A stretch of DNA of 61,436 bases, filler included, from 4 parts of 4 records of this genome joined end to end with filler, not necessarily neighbours in it; one strand, 5' to 3'; positions 50,846-60,454 are shown, counted from the first letter of the whole stretch. Made by a program: numbers and translations. Notes: generated from the sequence alone by a model not told the origin.

Positions 50846-52342
50846 TTAAAAAATATCTGGAATATCCACATCCATAGGAGCAGGAGCTTCATTTGGCTTA
50901 GGAGGCTCTGGAATATCCACATTGGTTTCTTTACTTGTATCTACTGACTCAAAAGTGGTCACCACTGGAGGCTGACCAAAAGGAGATTCTTTATCCACAA
51001 ACTTCGTAAGCTCTTTATGAAAGTCAAGCTTCACTGTTCCAGTTGATCCATTTCTTTGCTTTCCTATGATGATCTCAGCTTCTTCTACTGGCTTATTGAT
51101 AAACGCACTCTTATAAGGAGGATCATCTCCCCTATCAATTGATTCTTTCTCTTTTCTTTGCTCATCTCTTTCTTTATAGATATCATCACGATATACAAAC
51201 ATAATAATATCCGCATCTTGCTCGATCGCTCCAGATTCCCTGATATCACTAAGCATCGGTCTCTTATCAGGACGACCTTCAAGTCCCCTATTAAGCTGAG
51301 AAAGTGCTACGATTGGGATATCCATCTCACGTGCAAGAAGTTTTAATCCCCTACTAATCTCATCTACTACAAGTCTTCTATCTGTTCCACCTGTTCCTGA
51401 CATAAGTTGGAGGTAATCCACGATAATGATTTTTACATTATTGTCTTTATTTTGCGCTATTTTTCTTGCCCTTGCACGTAGTTGATTAATATTTACACTT
51501 CCTGTATCATCTACAAAAAGTTTTTTATCTTGGAGACCATCAAAAGCTTTTTCCACTTTTTTTGCTTGGTCTGGATCAAGCTCCCCTTTTCTTACATTTT
51601 GTAAAGGAACTCCACTTTTTGCACTTACTAACCTTATCATCAATTGCGTCTCAGGCATCTCTAGTGAGAAGAAAATCACACCAGCACCACTTTCAAGGTT
51701 TTTCAATGTTGTATTTAAAACAATAGAAGTTTTTCCCATCGCTGGACGCGCTGCAATAATAACTAGATCACCTCCATTAAATCCTGTGGTTTTTCTATCA
51801 AGTGCTTCAAATCCAGTAGTTTGTCCTGTAAGATAACTATTTCCTCTCTCAGACATTTTTTTAATATGCTCTTTTGTCACTTGGATAATAGATGGCATAT
51901 CTTTTAGCTCACTACTTGCACTATCAGTTGAAATCGCATAAAGTTCATTTTGTACTTTATCCACTGCATCTTGAGCAGAGATAGCATCTTCTGAAGTGAT
52001 CTTTTTAATATGTGTAGCTAATGTAGCAAGTTCCCTTTTAACTGAACTATCTTTTATCTCTTTGACATAAGACATAATATTAGCAATTGGATTAGCTGAG
52101 AGGATCTCAACAAGAACAGAATCACTTACTTCTTTTGGATCAAGTCTTTTTCTTATAAAGTCTTCATCAATAGGGATATCTTCATAATTCAATTTTGCCA
52201 TCACATCAAACACTTTTTGATGAGCAGGAAGATAAAAATCACTTGGCTTTAATACCCCAAGGATATCTTCTATAATTTCATGGTCAAAAAGGATTGAGCT
52301 TAAAACTGCTCTTTCGATATTTAGTGCGTAGATATTATCCAT
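50846..52342 (-). CDS. dnaB: Replicative DNA helicase
   Basis: AARPAMGKT, VDYLQL, ESGAIEQDAD, KQRNG. A charged insertion after YRDD is typical of Campylobacterota. Confidence 0.97.
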   Translation of the reverse strand: MDNIYALNIERAVLSSILFDHEIIEDILGVLKPSDFYLPAHQKVFDVMAKLNYEDIPIDEDFIRKRLDPKEVSDSVLVEILSANPIANIMSYVKEIKDSSVKRELATLATHIKKITSEDAISAQDAVDKVQNELYAISTDSASSELKDMPSIIQVTKEHIKKMSERGNSYLTGQTTGFEALDRKTTGFNGGDLVIIAARPAMGKTSIVLNTTLKNLESGAGVIFFSLEMPETQLMIRLVSAKSGVPLQNVRKGELDPDQAKKVEKAFDGLQDKKLFVDDTGSVNINQLRARARKIAQNKDNNVKIIIVDYLQLMSGTGGTDRRLVVDEISRGLKLLAREMDIPIVALSQLNRGLEGRPDKRPMLSDIRESGAIEQDADIIMFVYRDDIYKERDEQRKEKESIDRGDDPPYKSAFINKPVEEAEIIIGKQRNGSTGTVKLDFHKELTKFVDKESPFGQPPVVTTFESVDTSKETNVDIPEPPKPNEAPAPMDVDIPDIF

Positions 52343-52420
52343 AAAGTAGTTAGATCACCTTGTTTTTTATTAGAAGAGTGATTATACCAAAAGCTTGGTA
52401 AAAGAGGAGTTTTATAAAAT

Positions 52421-52522
52421 CTATTTGATAGTAAAATTGTGAGGTTTAGAGATCACATATATACCATAAGCCATTACAGCAAAAACACCAATGATACCAA
52501 CAATTCCTACTAGTTCATTCAT
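52421..52522 (-). CDS. Unannotated 33-aa single-TM peptide (MNELVGIVGIIGVFAVMAYGIYVISKPHNFTIK)
   Basis: Read by hand. ATGAATGA overlaps the upstream stop, GGAG RBS, hydrophobic helix. Confidence 0.6.
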   Translation of the reverse strand: MNELVGIVGIIGVFAVMAYGIYVISKPHNFTIK

Positions 52523-52775
52523 GGTCTAAATCCTCCAAATCTTTTATTAAAATATCTAAGCTATTTTTGACATTTTTCATCTTTATTATAACAAACAAAG
52601 CTATAATAAGACCTAGTAAACCTATTATAGCATAAATAGCTAATAGTTCTTCTATTATCACCTGATAAAACACTGTAAAGCTTCCTGTTAATACCGTCAT
52701 GAAAAATATAAACAGATTTCTATAATCATCTCTCAATATATTTATTTTTTCTTTTATACTATCTATTTTTGACAT
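52515..52775 (-). CDS. Small two-TM membrane protein (86 aa; likely ATG at 52775)
   Basis: GAGG RBS. Two hydrophobic helices flanked by coiled segments. Confidence 0.7.
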   Translation of the reverse strand: MSKIDSIKEKINILRDDYRNLFIFFMTVLTGSFTVFYQVIIEELLAIYAIIGLLGLIIALFVIIKMKNVKNSLDILIKDLEDLDHE

Positions 52776-52998
52776 TATGAACCTCATATATAATTTTTTA
52801 ACTATACCATTTAAATTCAGTTCTTTGAAAAAAGATTGCAAACTGTAATATTTTAAAATTTTTTACTCTAACCTTTAATTTTCCTTTTATTTATTTTATA
52901 ATTCATTTATTTTATAATAATTGTAGTATTATAACATTTAATGATAGTTAAATTCCAAACTTGGAATAACTTCTATACTTTTTTACAAAGGAAATCAG

Positions 52999-53217
52999 AT
53001 GAAAAAAGCACTGGTAATTTTTTTAGGAATCTATTCATTTTCTGTCGCTTCAGTAAATATCGCTAGCTGTAAAAGTTGTCATGGGCAAGACTGGGAAAAA
53101 GCTGCTTTAGGAGCTTCTAAAATTGTAAAAGATATGACAAAAGATGAAGTTACAAAGGCTCTATTAGGATATAAAAATGGAACCTATGGAAGAAGTATGA
53201 AAGGGGTTATGCATACC
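52999..53217 (+). CDS. Cytochrome c553-like (3'-partial)
   Basis: Signal peptide, CKSCHG haem motif, MKGVM. Confidence 0.88.
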
Positions 53218-53317
53218 NNNNNNNNNNNNNNNNNNNNNNNNNNNNNNNNNNNNNNNNNNNNTTAATTAATTAANNNNNNNNNNNNNNNNNNNNNNNNNNN
53301 NNNNNNNNNNNNNNNNN
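53218..53317. other. Artificial contig linker
   Basis: N44-TTAATTAATTAA-N44. Confidence 0.99.
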
Positions 53318-53448
53318 AAGAAACTAATTAAAATTTATATAGATGAGTATTTATATTTAGGACTGTTTATATCAAGAATACTAAAAAATAAATACTGAGT
53401 GAAGGCGATACTTATCAAGCATTACATAAAAAAGGTTTCGGTGAGGAT

Positions 53449-54822
53449 ATGAAAATAAAAAAGCAACGAGAAGCGATGCTTAATGGAAATATGTATAGGT
53501 TAATTATTAGCCTGTCTCTGCCTATTATGCTCAATAATTTAATACAAACTGTATATAATCTAACTGATACTTATTTCGTAAGTAAAATAGGTGGAACACA
53601 GGTTGCAGCAATAACGTTCGTATGGCCTGTAATTTTTTTGGTTCTTGCATTTGGTATGGGAATAGGTGTTGCAGGAACAGCGATGATCTCCCAATATATT
53701 GGAGGAGATAAAATGGAGCTTGCGGAGGAAACTACAGGTCAGATTCTGAGTTTCTCGCTGGTCTTATCGATTATATTAGGAATTGTTGGATATATTGTTT
53801 CTCCTGCAATAATTAATTTAATGGGAGCAAGTGGTGATTTACTTTCCGAAGGAACTATTTATTTGAAAATAATGTTCCTAAGTTCACCTTTTATTTTTAT
53901 GTCATTTTCCTATTCAGCTATAAAACATGCTGAGGGAGATACTGTATCACCAATGATAATCTCATTAGTTTCAGTAGGTATAAATATTATTTTAGATCCT
54001 ATCTTTATTTTTGTATTTCATTTAGGGATAAGAGGAGCAGGGTTTGCAACTCTTTTAGCCAGATTTATCTCTACAGTAATTATTTTGTACAAACTTTTTA
54101 ATAAAAATAATGGGATTCAAGTAAAATTATCAAACCTGAAACTAAAAATATCTATTATTAAAGAAATAATTAAAATAGGATTACCTGCATCAATGGGACA
54201 CTTTATCACTGCATTTGGTTTTGTGATTATGAATGTCTTAGTTGTCAGATTTGGTGCAGATACACTTGCTGCACTTGGTATAGGTAATAGAATTAATTCT
54301 CTGCTGTTTATGCCTGCAATGGGAATTGGTAGTGCTGTGACCTCTATAGCGGGTCAAAACATAGGTGCTGAAAATTACACGAGAGTAAAGGAAGCTGTAT
54401 TGAAAAGTTGTATTTTATCATTACTATATTCAGTAACAGGAACGATTATACTTATAGCTAATCGGATGCATATAGCAGGTATCTTTACAGATAACGCAGT
54501 TATATTGCAGAAGAGTACACATTATCTTATCTTTGTAGCTTTATCAGTGCCGTTTTTTGGAGTATTTCAGATACTTTTGGGAGTGTTTCAAGGCTCGGGA
54601 CATACCGTGTTATCTATGATCATTAATTTATCAAGACTGTGGGCGATAAGATTACCGGGTTTATTTATATTAAGCAGGTTTTTTAGAATGAGTGAAGAAG
54701 CTATATGGTATGCGATATTTTTTAGTAACGTAATTATTACAATTATAGCACTTATAGTTTATGCCAGTGGATACTGGAAAAAATCTGTAATAAAATCTGT
54801 TAATGCAAAAAGTATTGGATAA
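53449..54822 (+). CDS. MATE-family efflux transporter
   Basis: YNLTDTYFV, NIILDPIFIF, GQNIGA, ~12 TM helices. Confidence 0.93.
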   Translation: MKIKKQREAMLNGNMYRLIISLSLPIMLNNLIQTVYNLTDTYFVSKIGGTQVAAITFVWPVIFLVLAFGMGIGVAGTAMISQYIGGDKMELAEETTGQILSFSLVLSIILGIVGYIVSPAIINLMGASGDLLSEGTIYLKIMFLSSPFIFMSFSYSAIKHAEGDTVSPMIISLVSVGINIILDPIFIFVFHLGIRGAGFATLLARFISTVIILYKLFNKNNGIQVKLSNLKLKISIIKEIIKIGLPASMGHFITAFGFVIMNVLVVRFGADTLAALGIGNRINSLLFMPAMGIGSAVTSIAGQNIGAENYTRVKEAVLKSCILSLLYSVTGTIILIANRMHIAGIFTDNAVILQKSTHYLIFVALSVPFFGVFQILLGVFQGSGHTVLSMIINLSRLWAIRLPGLFILSRFFRMSEEAIWYAIFFSNVIITIIALIVYASGYWKKSVIKSVNAKSIG

Positions 54823-54856
54823 ATTTTTTTTAAATTTATAGTTTAAGGAGTGAAGA

Positions 54857-55684
54857 ATGAAAGCTTTAGTTAATAAAATTATTCCATTTTCGTCAGTTGA
54901 CGGGCCTGGAAACAGAACTGTGATATTTTTACAAGGATGTAACATGAATTGCTTGTATTGTCACAATCCTGAAACAATAAATAAATGTTTGCATTGTGGT
55001 ATATGTATACCTCATTGCCCTGTAGGAGCTTTAGAGCTTTCTTACGGGAAAGTAAAGTGGGATGAAGAAAAGTGTGTAGCATGTGGCAAATGTGAAGATG
55101 TGTGTCCACATAATGCAACGCCTAGAGTAAAAGAGTATGGAATTAATGAGTTAGTAGCTGAAATTTTGAAATATAAAAATTTCATAGCCGGGATTACTTT
55201 TAGCGGTGGTGAATGTACACTGCAAAATGAGTTTATTACAGAGGTAGCGCAAGAGTTAAAGAAACATGAGCTTACTACTTTTGTTGATACAAATGGTCTG
55301 GTGGATTTTAGTATGCTAAATAAATTTGTAGCATCAGTTGATAAATTTATGCTGGATATAAAAGCATGGCATAAAGATGAGCATATTAAATTAACAGATG
55401 TTTCTAATGAAACGGTTATTAAGAATCTAAAATATCTAATAAATGAGAATAAGTTATTTGAAGTAAGGACAGTTGTTGTACCAAATATACTTTCAAATGA
55501 ACTCACAGTTCAAGAGCTTAGCAAATTGATCTCAGGAACTGATATTAGATATAAACTGATTAAGTACAGAGCAAAAGGTGTTAGAGAAGATCTGATTAAC
55601 GAGAATTTGCCAAATGATGAGTATATGCAGAGCTTAAAAGATATAGCGGAAAAATTAGGAGTAAAAGATATAGTTATTATTTAA
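54857..55684 (+). CDS. yjjW: YjjW-family glycyl-radical activating enzyme
   Basis: IIPFSSVDGPGNR, CNMNCLYCHNPETI, 2x[4Fe-4S] ferredoxin insert, SGGECT. Confidence 0.88.
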   Translation: MKALVNKIIPFSSVDGPGNRTVIFLQGCNMNCLYCHNPETINKCLHCGICIPHCPVGALELSYGKVKWDEEKCVACGKCEDVCPHNATPRVKEYGINELVAEILKYKNFIAGITFSGGECTLQNEFITEVAQELKKHELTTFVDTNGLVDFSMLNKFVASVDKFMLDIKAWHKDEHIKLTDVSNETVIKNLKYLINENKLFEVRTVVVPNILSNELTVQELSKLISGTDIRYKLIKYRAKGVREDLINENLPNDEYMQSLKDIAEKLGVKDIVII

Positions 55685-55688
55685 AATG

Positions 55689-55720
55689 AAAAAGAGCAGA
55701 TAAAAAATCTGCTCTTCTTT
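55689..55720. terminator. Bidirectional terminator
   Basis: AAAAAGAGCAGAT-aaaaa-ATCTGCTCTTCTTT. Confidence 0.8.
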
Positions 55721-55865
55721 CTATTAATTATAAATTAATAACTAGGAAACCCCGGATCCTACTCCGGGGACCTTTTAAGTAGTGGTAAGGTACCTAAAAG
55801 GATTTTCTCTCTTAAATGGTAGAAATTTAAGGATATAAATGTGGTCTAGTGTAAAAGATTGTCTT
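55689..55865 (-). ncRNA. Candidate structured ncRNA (~180 nt)
   Basis: Sigma70 promoter upstream and terminator downstream. Three hairpins are enclosed by a closing stem, two loops are complementary, and there is no AUG. Confidence 0.65.
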
Positions 55866-55871
55866 AAAGAG

Positions 55872-55900
55872 ATGATACAATATCTCCAAAGAAAAGTCAA
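55872..55900 (-). promoter_or_regulatory. Sigma70-type promoter
   Basis: TTGACT-N17-TATCAT on the minus strand. Confidence 0.75.
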
Positions 55901-56102
55901 GCGTTTTTTGTATACTATTAGCTTAGCTTAATTAAGTAATTAAGCAAAATCTATACCTACATCTCAATAAAACGCAGTAATGGTGAAAATGACAACCAAT
56001 ATTAAAGCAAACAAACTGTCTAAGAGGAAAAAGTTAATAAAGTTACACAGTTCAAATAAAGAGAGTCTTTTGAAAAAAAACTGAAAAAATTTGAAAAAAA
56101 AT

Positions 56103-56130
56103 AAGGGGTTCTCGATTTCGAGAACCCCTT
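56103..56130 (-). terminator. Intrinsic terminator after the DUF2914 gene
   Basis: AAGGGGTTCTCG-attt-CGAGAACCCCTT with a T-run on the minus strand. Confidence 0.85.
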
Positions 56131-56136
56131 TAGTAA

Positions 56137-56562
56137 TTAATTTGACATCATATTGTCATCTTTCATCATCATATCATCTGATTTATCCATAACATCGAAC
56201 TCTTTTCCACCTAGAAAATTTCCTTCCATATCTACAACTTCAACCATCCAAGTTCCTTTTAACCATAGATTTTTAGTTGACCAAGTTCTCCATCTGCTAC
56301 CTTTGACTTTTAACTTGATTTTAGCCATCTCTTTTGGAGTACCATCCTCTTGGATATAACTCCAGATGTGATAAATATAAGTTTCCTCACCAATATCTCT
56401 TACGTCGTTGAAATAATAAGCTTTTGATTTAAATGCAAATTCAGTTTTTGCCTCTGCCGGTTCCCTGTTTTCTACCATGTCAGTTAAAACTTCTCTAGGT
56501 ATATTTAGAGAGAAACTAACAGCGCTGACTAAAATAAAAGCAATTAATAAGATTTTTTTCAA
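56137..56562 (-). CDS. Exported DUF2914-like protein
   Basis: Signal peptide, NREP, IYHIW, SRWRTWSTK, GTWMVEV. TTG start with AGGAGG. Confidence 0.75.
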   Translation of the reverse strand: MKKILLIAFILVSAVSFSLNIPREVLTDMVENREPAEAKTEFAFKSKAYYFNDVRDIGEETYIYHIWSYIQEDGTPKEMAKIKLKVKGSRWRTWSTKNLWLKGTWMVEVVDMEGNFLGGKEFDVMDKSDDMMMKDDNMMSN

Positions 56563-56694
56563 AATAAATCTCCTCCTTTAAATTTTGTTAGTGAAAAGAT
56601 CAAACTATAAATTTACCCTAACTAACTATAATAACTTATAGTTCACTATAGTTTATATAAAAACATCTATCTAAGAAATCAAGAAGATTAATCC

Positions 56695-58452
56695 CTAAAA
56701 CTTCTCGCATAGAGTTGCTGCTGAAATATCTACACCAACTATTTTAGATGTCTTTTTGAGCTTAAAAATCAAACCACTAACATCTTCTATACTGTAGCCG
56801 GCTTTATTTTCCTTTTTTATTTCTAAAATACTTGCAGAAACTTGAAGAAGTGGAAAATGCCTTGAGTTTCCATCACGATCTTTTGCAAGTATATAACCTC
56901 TGGATATATCTTCTTGAGAGTAGAATTTTTTAGCTTCTTCATTGAATTCACTTATCAATTTATGAATTCTCATATATAGTTCAAAGTATGTTTTATTAGG
57001 ATGGTATCTAATACCGATGAAGAAATCATCTCCACCTATATGTCCTTCGAAGCTTGAACTTTCAAAACTTTCCTTTCGCATTATTTCAGCGAAAAGAAGT
57101 ATAGCCTGATCACCCATTTTAAAGCCATATTTATCATTAAATGCCTTAAAATTATCAAAATCAAAGTATACTAAAGCATAATTATGATATGCAGACAAAA
57201 GAGCTTCTTTAATATAATCATGGATCATGTTATTTCCGGGTAATTTTGTTAATGGATTTTCATTACTTGCGTTTATCAGTTTTTTCTCTGAGATGATACT
57301 AATAATCGATATGAAATCAAGATATCCCAGATATTTCCCCTTATCCACGATTATTAGCTGCTGAATATCTCTATTAATATTAAAAATATCAATGATTTTT
57401 GATATTTCAAAATTTATGTCGCAGGTTATACTGGGAGATATTATATCTCTCAGGCTTTTTTTAGCCAGAATTTCTCTTCCGTATAATTTATACATATAGT
57501 TTTTTATTATATTTTCTTCTATTATTCCTATAGGTTTATCGTTTATATCCAAAACGATAATCACTGGAACCTCTTTATTTTTCTCAAGTGTTGTGAGAAG
57601 TTCATCGATTGAAGTATCCGCATTGATAGCGGTACCACGATTAAGTTTACTTTCAAGTAATGCTCTGTCCTCACTCAGAAAAAACGAGTTTTCCTCTTCC
57701 AAATGAATTCTATCAAGGTATTCTGAATAAAGGTTTTCAACTTTTTTAATAGGTTTTTGTATATAAAAACCTTGTGCCAAATCACAGCCGATTTTTCTAC
57801 ATGTTAGCAGTTCATCTCTATTTTCAATACCGTGAGCAACAATTACTCCACCTAGAGTATGAACTAAATTTATTATATTGGAAGCAAAAAATTGCTTTTT
57901 AATATCATTGTGAATGCTGTTTAAGAATAACTTATCTATTTTGACAATATCCGGTTCCAGATAATATAGTTTTTCGAGATTGGAAAAACCACTTCCAAAA
58001 TCATTAATTGCAATTGAATATCCATTTTCTTTATAAAAAGCCAGAACCTTTTTTACTTCAGAGTAAGCCTCTATTTTATAAAATTTAGAGATCTCAAAGC
58101 AAATATTTTCTTTATAAAGTTCCTGTTTTTCTACGATTTTATTAATTGCAGAAAAAGAGTAATCAGGATTCTCAAGAACTCTGTTATCTAAATTATAAAA
58201 AAGTTTGGAGTTCTTATAGCCTTTAATCTCTTTATATTGCTCAATAGCTTTTTCAAATAGTGCACGGTCTAATTTATGAAGAAAATGTTTTTTATGGGCA
58301 TAGTTAAACACGTCTCTTATCTCATCAAATCCGTTTTTTTCAAAATTACGTAGCAGTGCTTCATATCCATAAACAATTCCGCTATTTAAATTTATAACAG
58401 GTTGAAAAGCAAAGTTAAATGAATTGACTATTTTTTCGAGTTTACTTGCCAT
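56695..58452 (-). CDS. EAL-CBS-GGDEF protein
   Basis: FQP..EALLR, central CBS-like pair, NPLTKLPGN, FKAFNDKYGF, GGDDF. Confidence 0.9.
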   Translation of the reverse strand: MASKLEKIVNSFNFAFQPVINLNSGIVYGYEALLRNFEKNGFDEIRDVFNYAHKKHFLHKLDRALFEKAIEQYKEIKGYKNSKLFYNLDNRVLENPDYSFSAINKIVEKQELYKENICFEISKFYKIEAYSEVKKVLAFYKENGYSIAINDFGSGFSNLEKLYYLEPDIVKIDKLFLNSIHNDIKKQFFASNIINLVHTLGGVIVAHGIENRDELLTCRKIGCDLAQGFYIQKPIKKVENLYSEYLDRIHLEEENSFFLSEDRALLESKLNRGTAINADTSIDELLTTLEKNKEVPVIIVLDINDKPIGIIEENIIKNYMYKLYGREILAKKSLRDIISPSITCDINFEISKIIDIFNINRDIQQLIIVDKGKYLGYLDFISIISIISEKKLINASNENPLTKLPGNNMIHDYIKEALLSAYHNYALVYFDFDNFKAFNDKYGFKMGDQAILLFAEIMRKESFESSSFEGHIGGDDFFIGIRYHPNKTYFELYMRIHKLISEFNEEAKKFYSQEDISRGYILAKDRDGNSRHFPLLQVSASILEIKKENKAGYSIEDVSGLIFKLKKTSKIVGVDISAATLCEKF

Positions 58453-58856
58453 GAATCGTTCTCTCCTTCTATTATATTAGATATTTCATCATCATGATAT
58501 GATATCATGTTTATAAGGAAAATAGAATCATAAGGGTGTAAAAGCTATGTAAAGCTTAAGGGCTTAGTGCTAAAATTTTAAAATAATTAGGTTTGAAATA
58601 GTAAAATTTGGGAGTATAATTGATAAAAGAAGTTTTTTTGCATTTAAAAAATAAAATACTACTTTTTTGCTTAAAATTTCAGAGCTTAAAATCTTTTTAA
58701 AAGAAAAACTGTGAAAAACTCATAAAATATGAGAGAATAAAAAGAGGAAATTTTTATTATGCTCTAAGAAATAAGGTGTAATATAAAATAAAAGAGCTAA
58801 AATTTATATAATGCTATAAATAAAAAAATCTGAAAAAATAAAAAAAGTTTCGTTAG

Positions 58857-60437
58857 GTGATTGGAATGCTGAATTTTATTGAAAATATAAAAAATCGAAT
58901 ATTCGCTGATAATGAAGAACTTAATTATTCAGAAGTAGATATTTATTCTCTATTAGAAAATATAACTTATTCCTTCGTAGAAAGAATGCAGGAAAAAGAG
59001 ATAAATCTAGTTTATGATATATCTAAGACGATACCTCAATATGTATATGTTGATGGTGAAAAGTTGAAAAAAACTTTAGTTGGAATAATGAATACTTTGA
59101 TTGAAGCCAACTTCTTCAAAGAAATAATCTTGGAAGTTAGCAACAAAGGGGATAAGCTGTTCTTCTCTATATATGAGCATAATTTGGATATAAATAAGAA
59201 GAAATTAACTCAGATAGTACAAGAGCTTGATAAAGATAATTATAAATATATTCCACATATCAGAAAACTATTTAATGAAAAATATACAGTCCAGTTCCAT
59301 CTTAAATATAGAGGGAAGAAAAAATCTGAGCTGAAATTTGATGAGGAACTTAATGTTATTTATATGGTTGAGCAAAAATTTTCAAATATTTTTGTTAGAG
59401 AGTTTTTAGAAGAACTTGGTGCAAATGTGACAGAACTTGTAGGTGTATTCGAGCTTGGAGAGTTTATAAAAAATCTCGACAGAGTTGCAGAGTGTTCCTA
59501 TATTTTAGTATCTGATGAATATTTTAATGAGATAAATTGGGATACTTTTAGAGAGATCAAAGAGGATTATATACTTAGAGAAAAAGTGGTGATTCTAAAC
59601 TTTGATCATAATAAATTACCCTCTATTAAATCGTTTAAACTAAATGTACTTGAGGCAAATCCCCTATCTAAATACAATATTTATAATAATCTATTGATCT
59701 ATCACAAGAGAGTAACTGATAACCTAGAAGAGAGAAAAAATAAAAAAATTCTTATAGTTGAAGATAATAGAGTAAACGCAGAAGTTTTTACTGAGTATTT
59801 GAAATTATGTAACTTAAAATGCGAAACAGCTACGAGTGGTGAAGAAGCACTAAAAAAAATTGAGAATGAACATTATGATATGATATTTACAGATATTCAG
59901 CTTCCTGATATAGATGGCTTTGAGATAGCGAGGCGGATCAGAGCAAGTAATAAATTTATACCAATTATTGCTGTAACTGTTCAGCTTTATTCGGGATACG
60001 AAGAGGAGTACTCTAATGCAGGAATAGATGAATATATCGCGAAACCTGTTATATTTGAAGATCTGCAAAAGATTCTTTTCAAATATCTAAATCTTGGTCA
60101 TGCTGATTTTGATTTAGTAAAACGAGAATATGGAGATAAAATATTCGAAATACTTGTTAAAAATCATTTGAAATTTATAGATCAATATCTTATTGATTTT
60201 GAGTTAACATTAAAAAACGGCGAAAGTGATGCTATTAAAAAGAGCGCACATAAATTAAAGGGAAGTATAAGTAATTTTAAGATGAATAAAATTCTTAGAT
60301 TACTTAATGAAGTAATCTATTCTGATATTGAAGTTGCAGAGATGGTTAGATTGGGAAGTTTGATCATTAAAGAAGTTAAGAATCTGAATAAAGAGTTACG
60401 AAAATTTGCTACTGAATCAGAGATACAGTTTCATTAA
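58857..60437 (+). CDS. Degenerate kinase-REC-Hpt phosphorelay protein
   Basis: HATPase-like remnant at the N-terminus, receiver ILIVEDN..FTDIQLP..AKP, Hpt AHKLKGS. Confidence 0.8.
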   Translation: MIGMLNFIENIKNRIFADNEELNYSEVDIYSLLENITYSFVERMQEKEINLVYDISKTIPQYVYVDGEKLKKTLVGIMNTLIEANFFKEIILEVSNKGDKLFFSIYEHNLDINKKKLTQIVQELDKDNYKYIPHIRKLFNEKYTVQFHLKYRGKKKSELKFDEELNVIYMVEQKFSNIFVREFLEELGANVTELVGVFELGEFIKNLDRVAECSYILVSDEYFNEINWDTFREIKEDYILREKVVILNFDHNKLPSIKSFKLNVLEANPLSKYNIYNNLLIYHKRVTDNLEERKNKKILIVEDNRVNAEVFTEYLKLCNLKCETATSGEEALKKIENEHYDMIFTDIQLPDIDGFEIARRIRASNKFIPIIAVTVQLYSGYEEEYSNAGIDEYIAKPVIFEDLQKILFKYLNLGHADFDLVKREYGDKIFEILVKNHLKFIDQYLIDFELTLKNGESDAIKKSAHKLKGSISNFKMNKILRLLNEVIYSDIEVAEMVRLGSLIIKEVKNLNKELRKFATESEIQFH

Positions 60438-60454
60438 AAATTAATTATTAAAAC

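Noticed and set aside
55811-55831. Purine riboswitch (UUUCUACC motif)
   Set aside because: The motif lies in a hairpin loop rather than a junction, the other purine-aptamer elements are missing, and there is no downstream gene.
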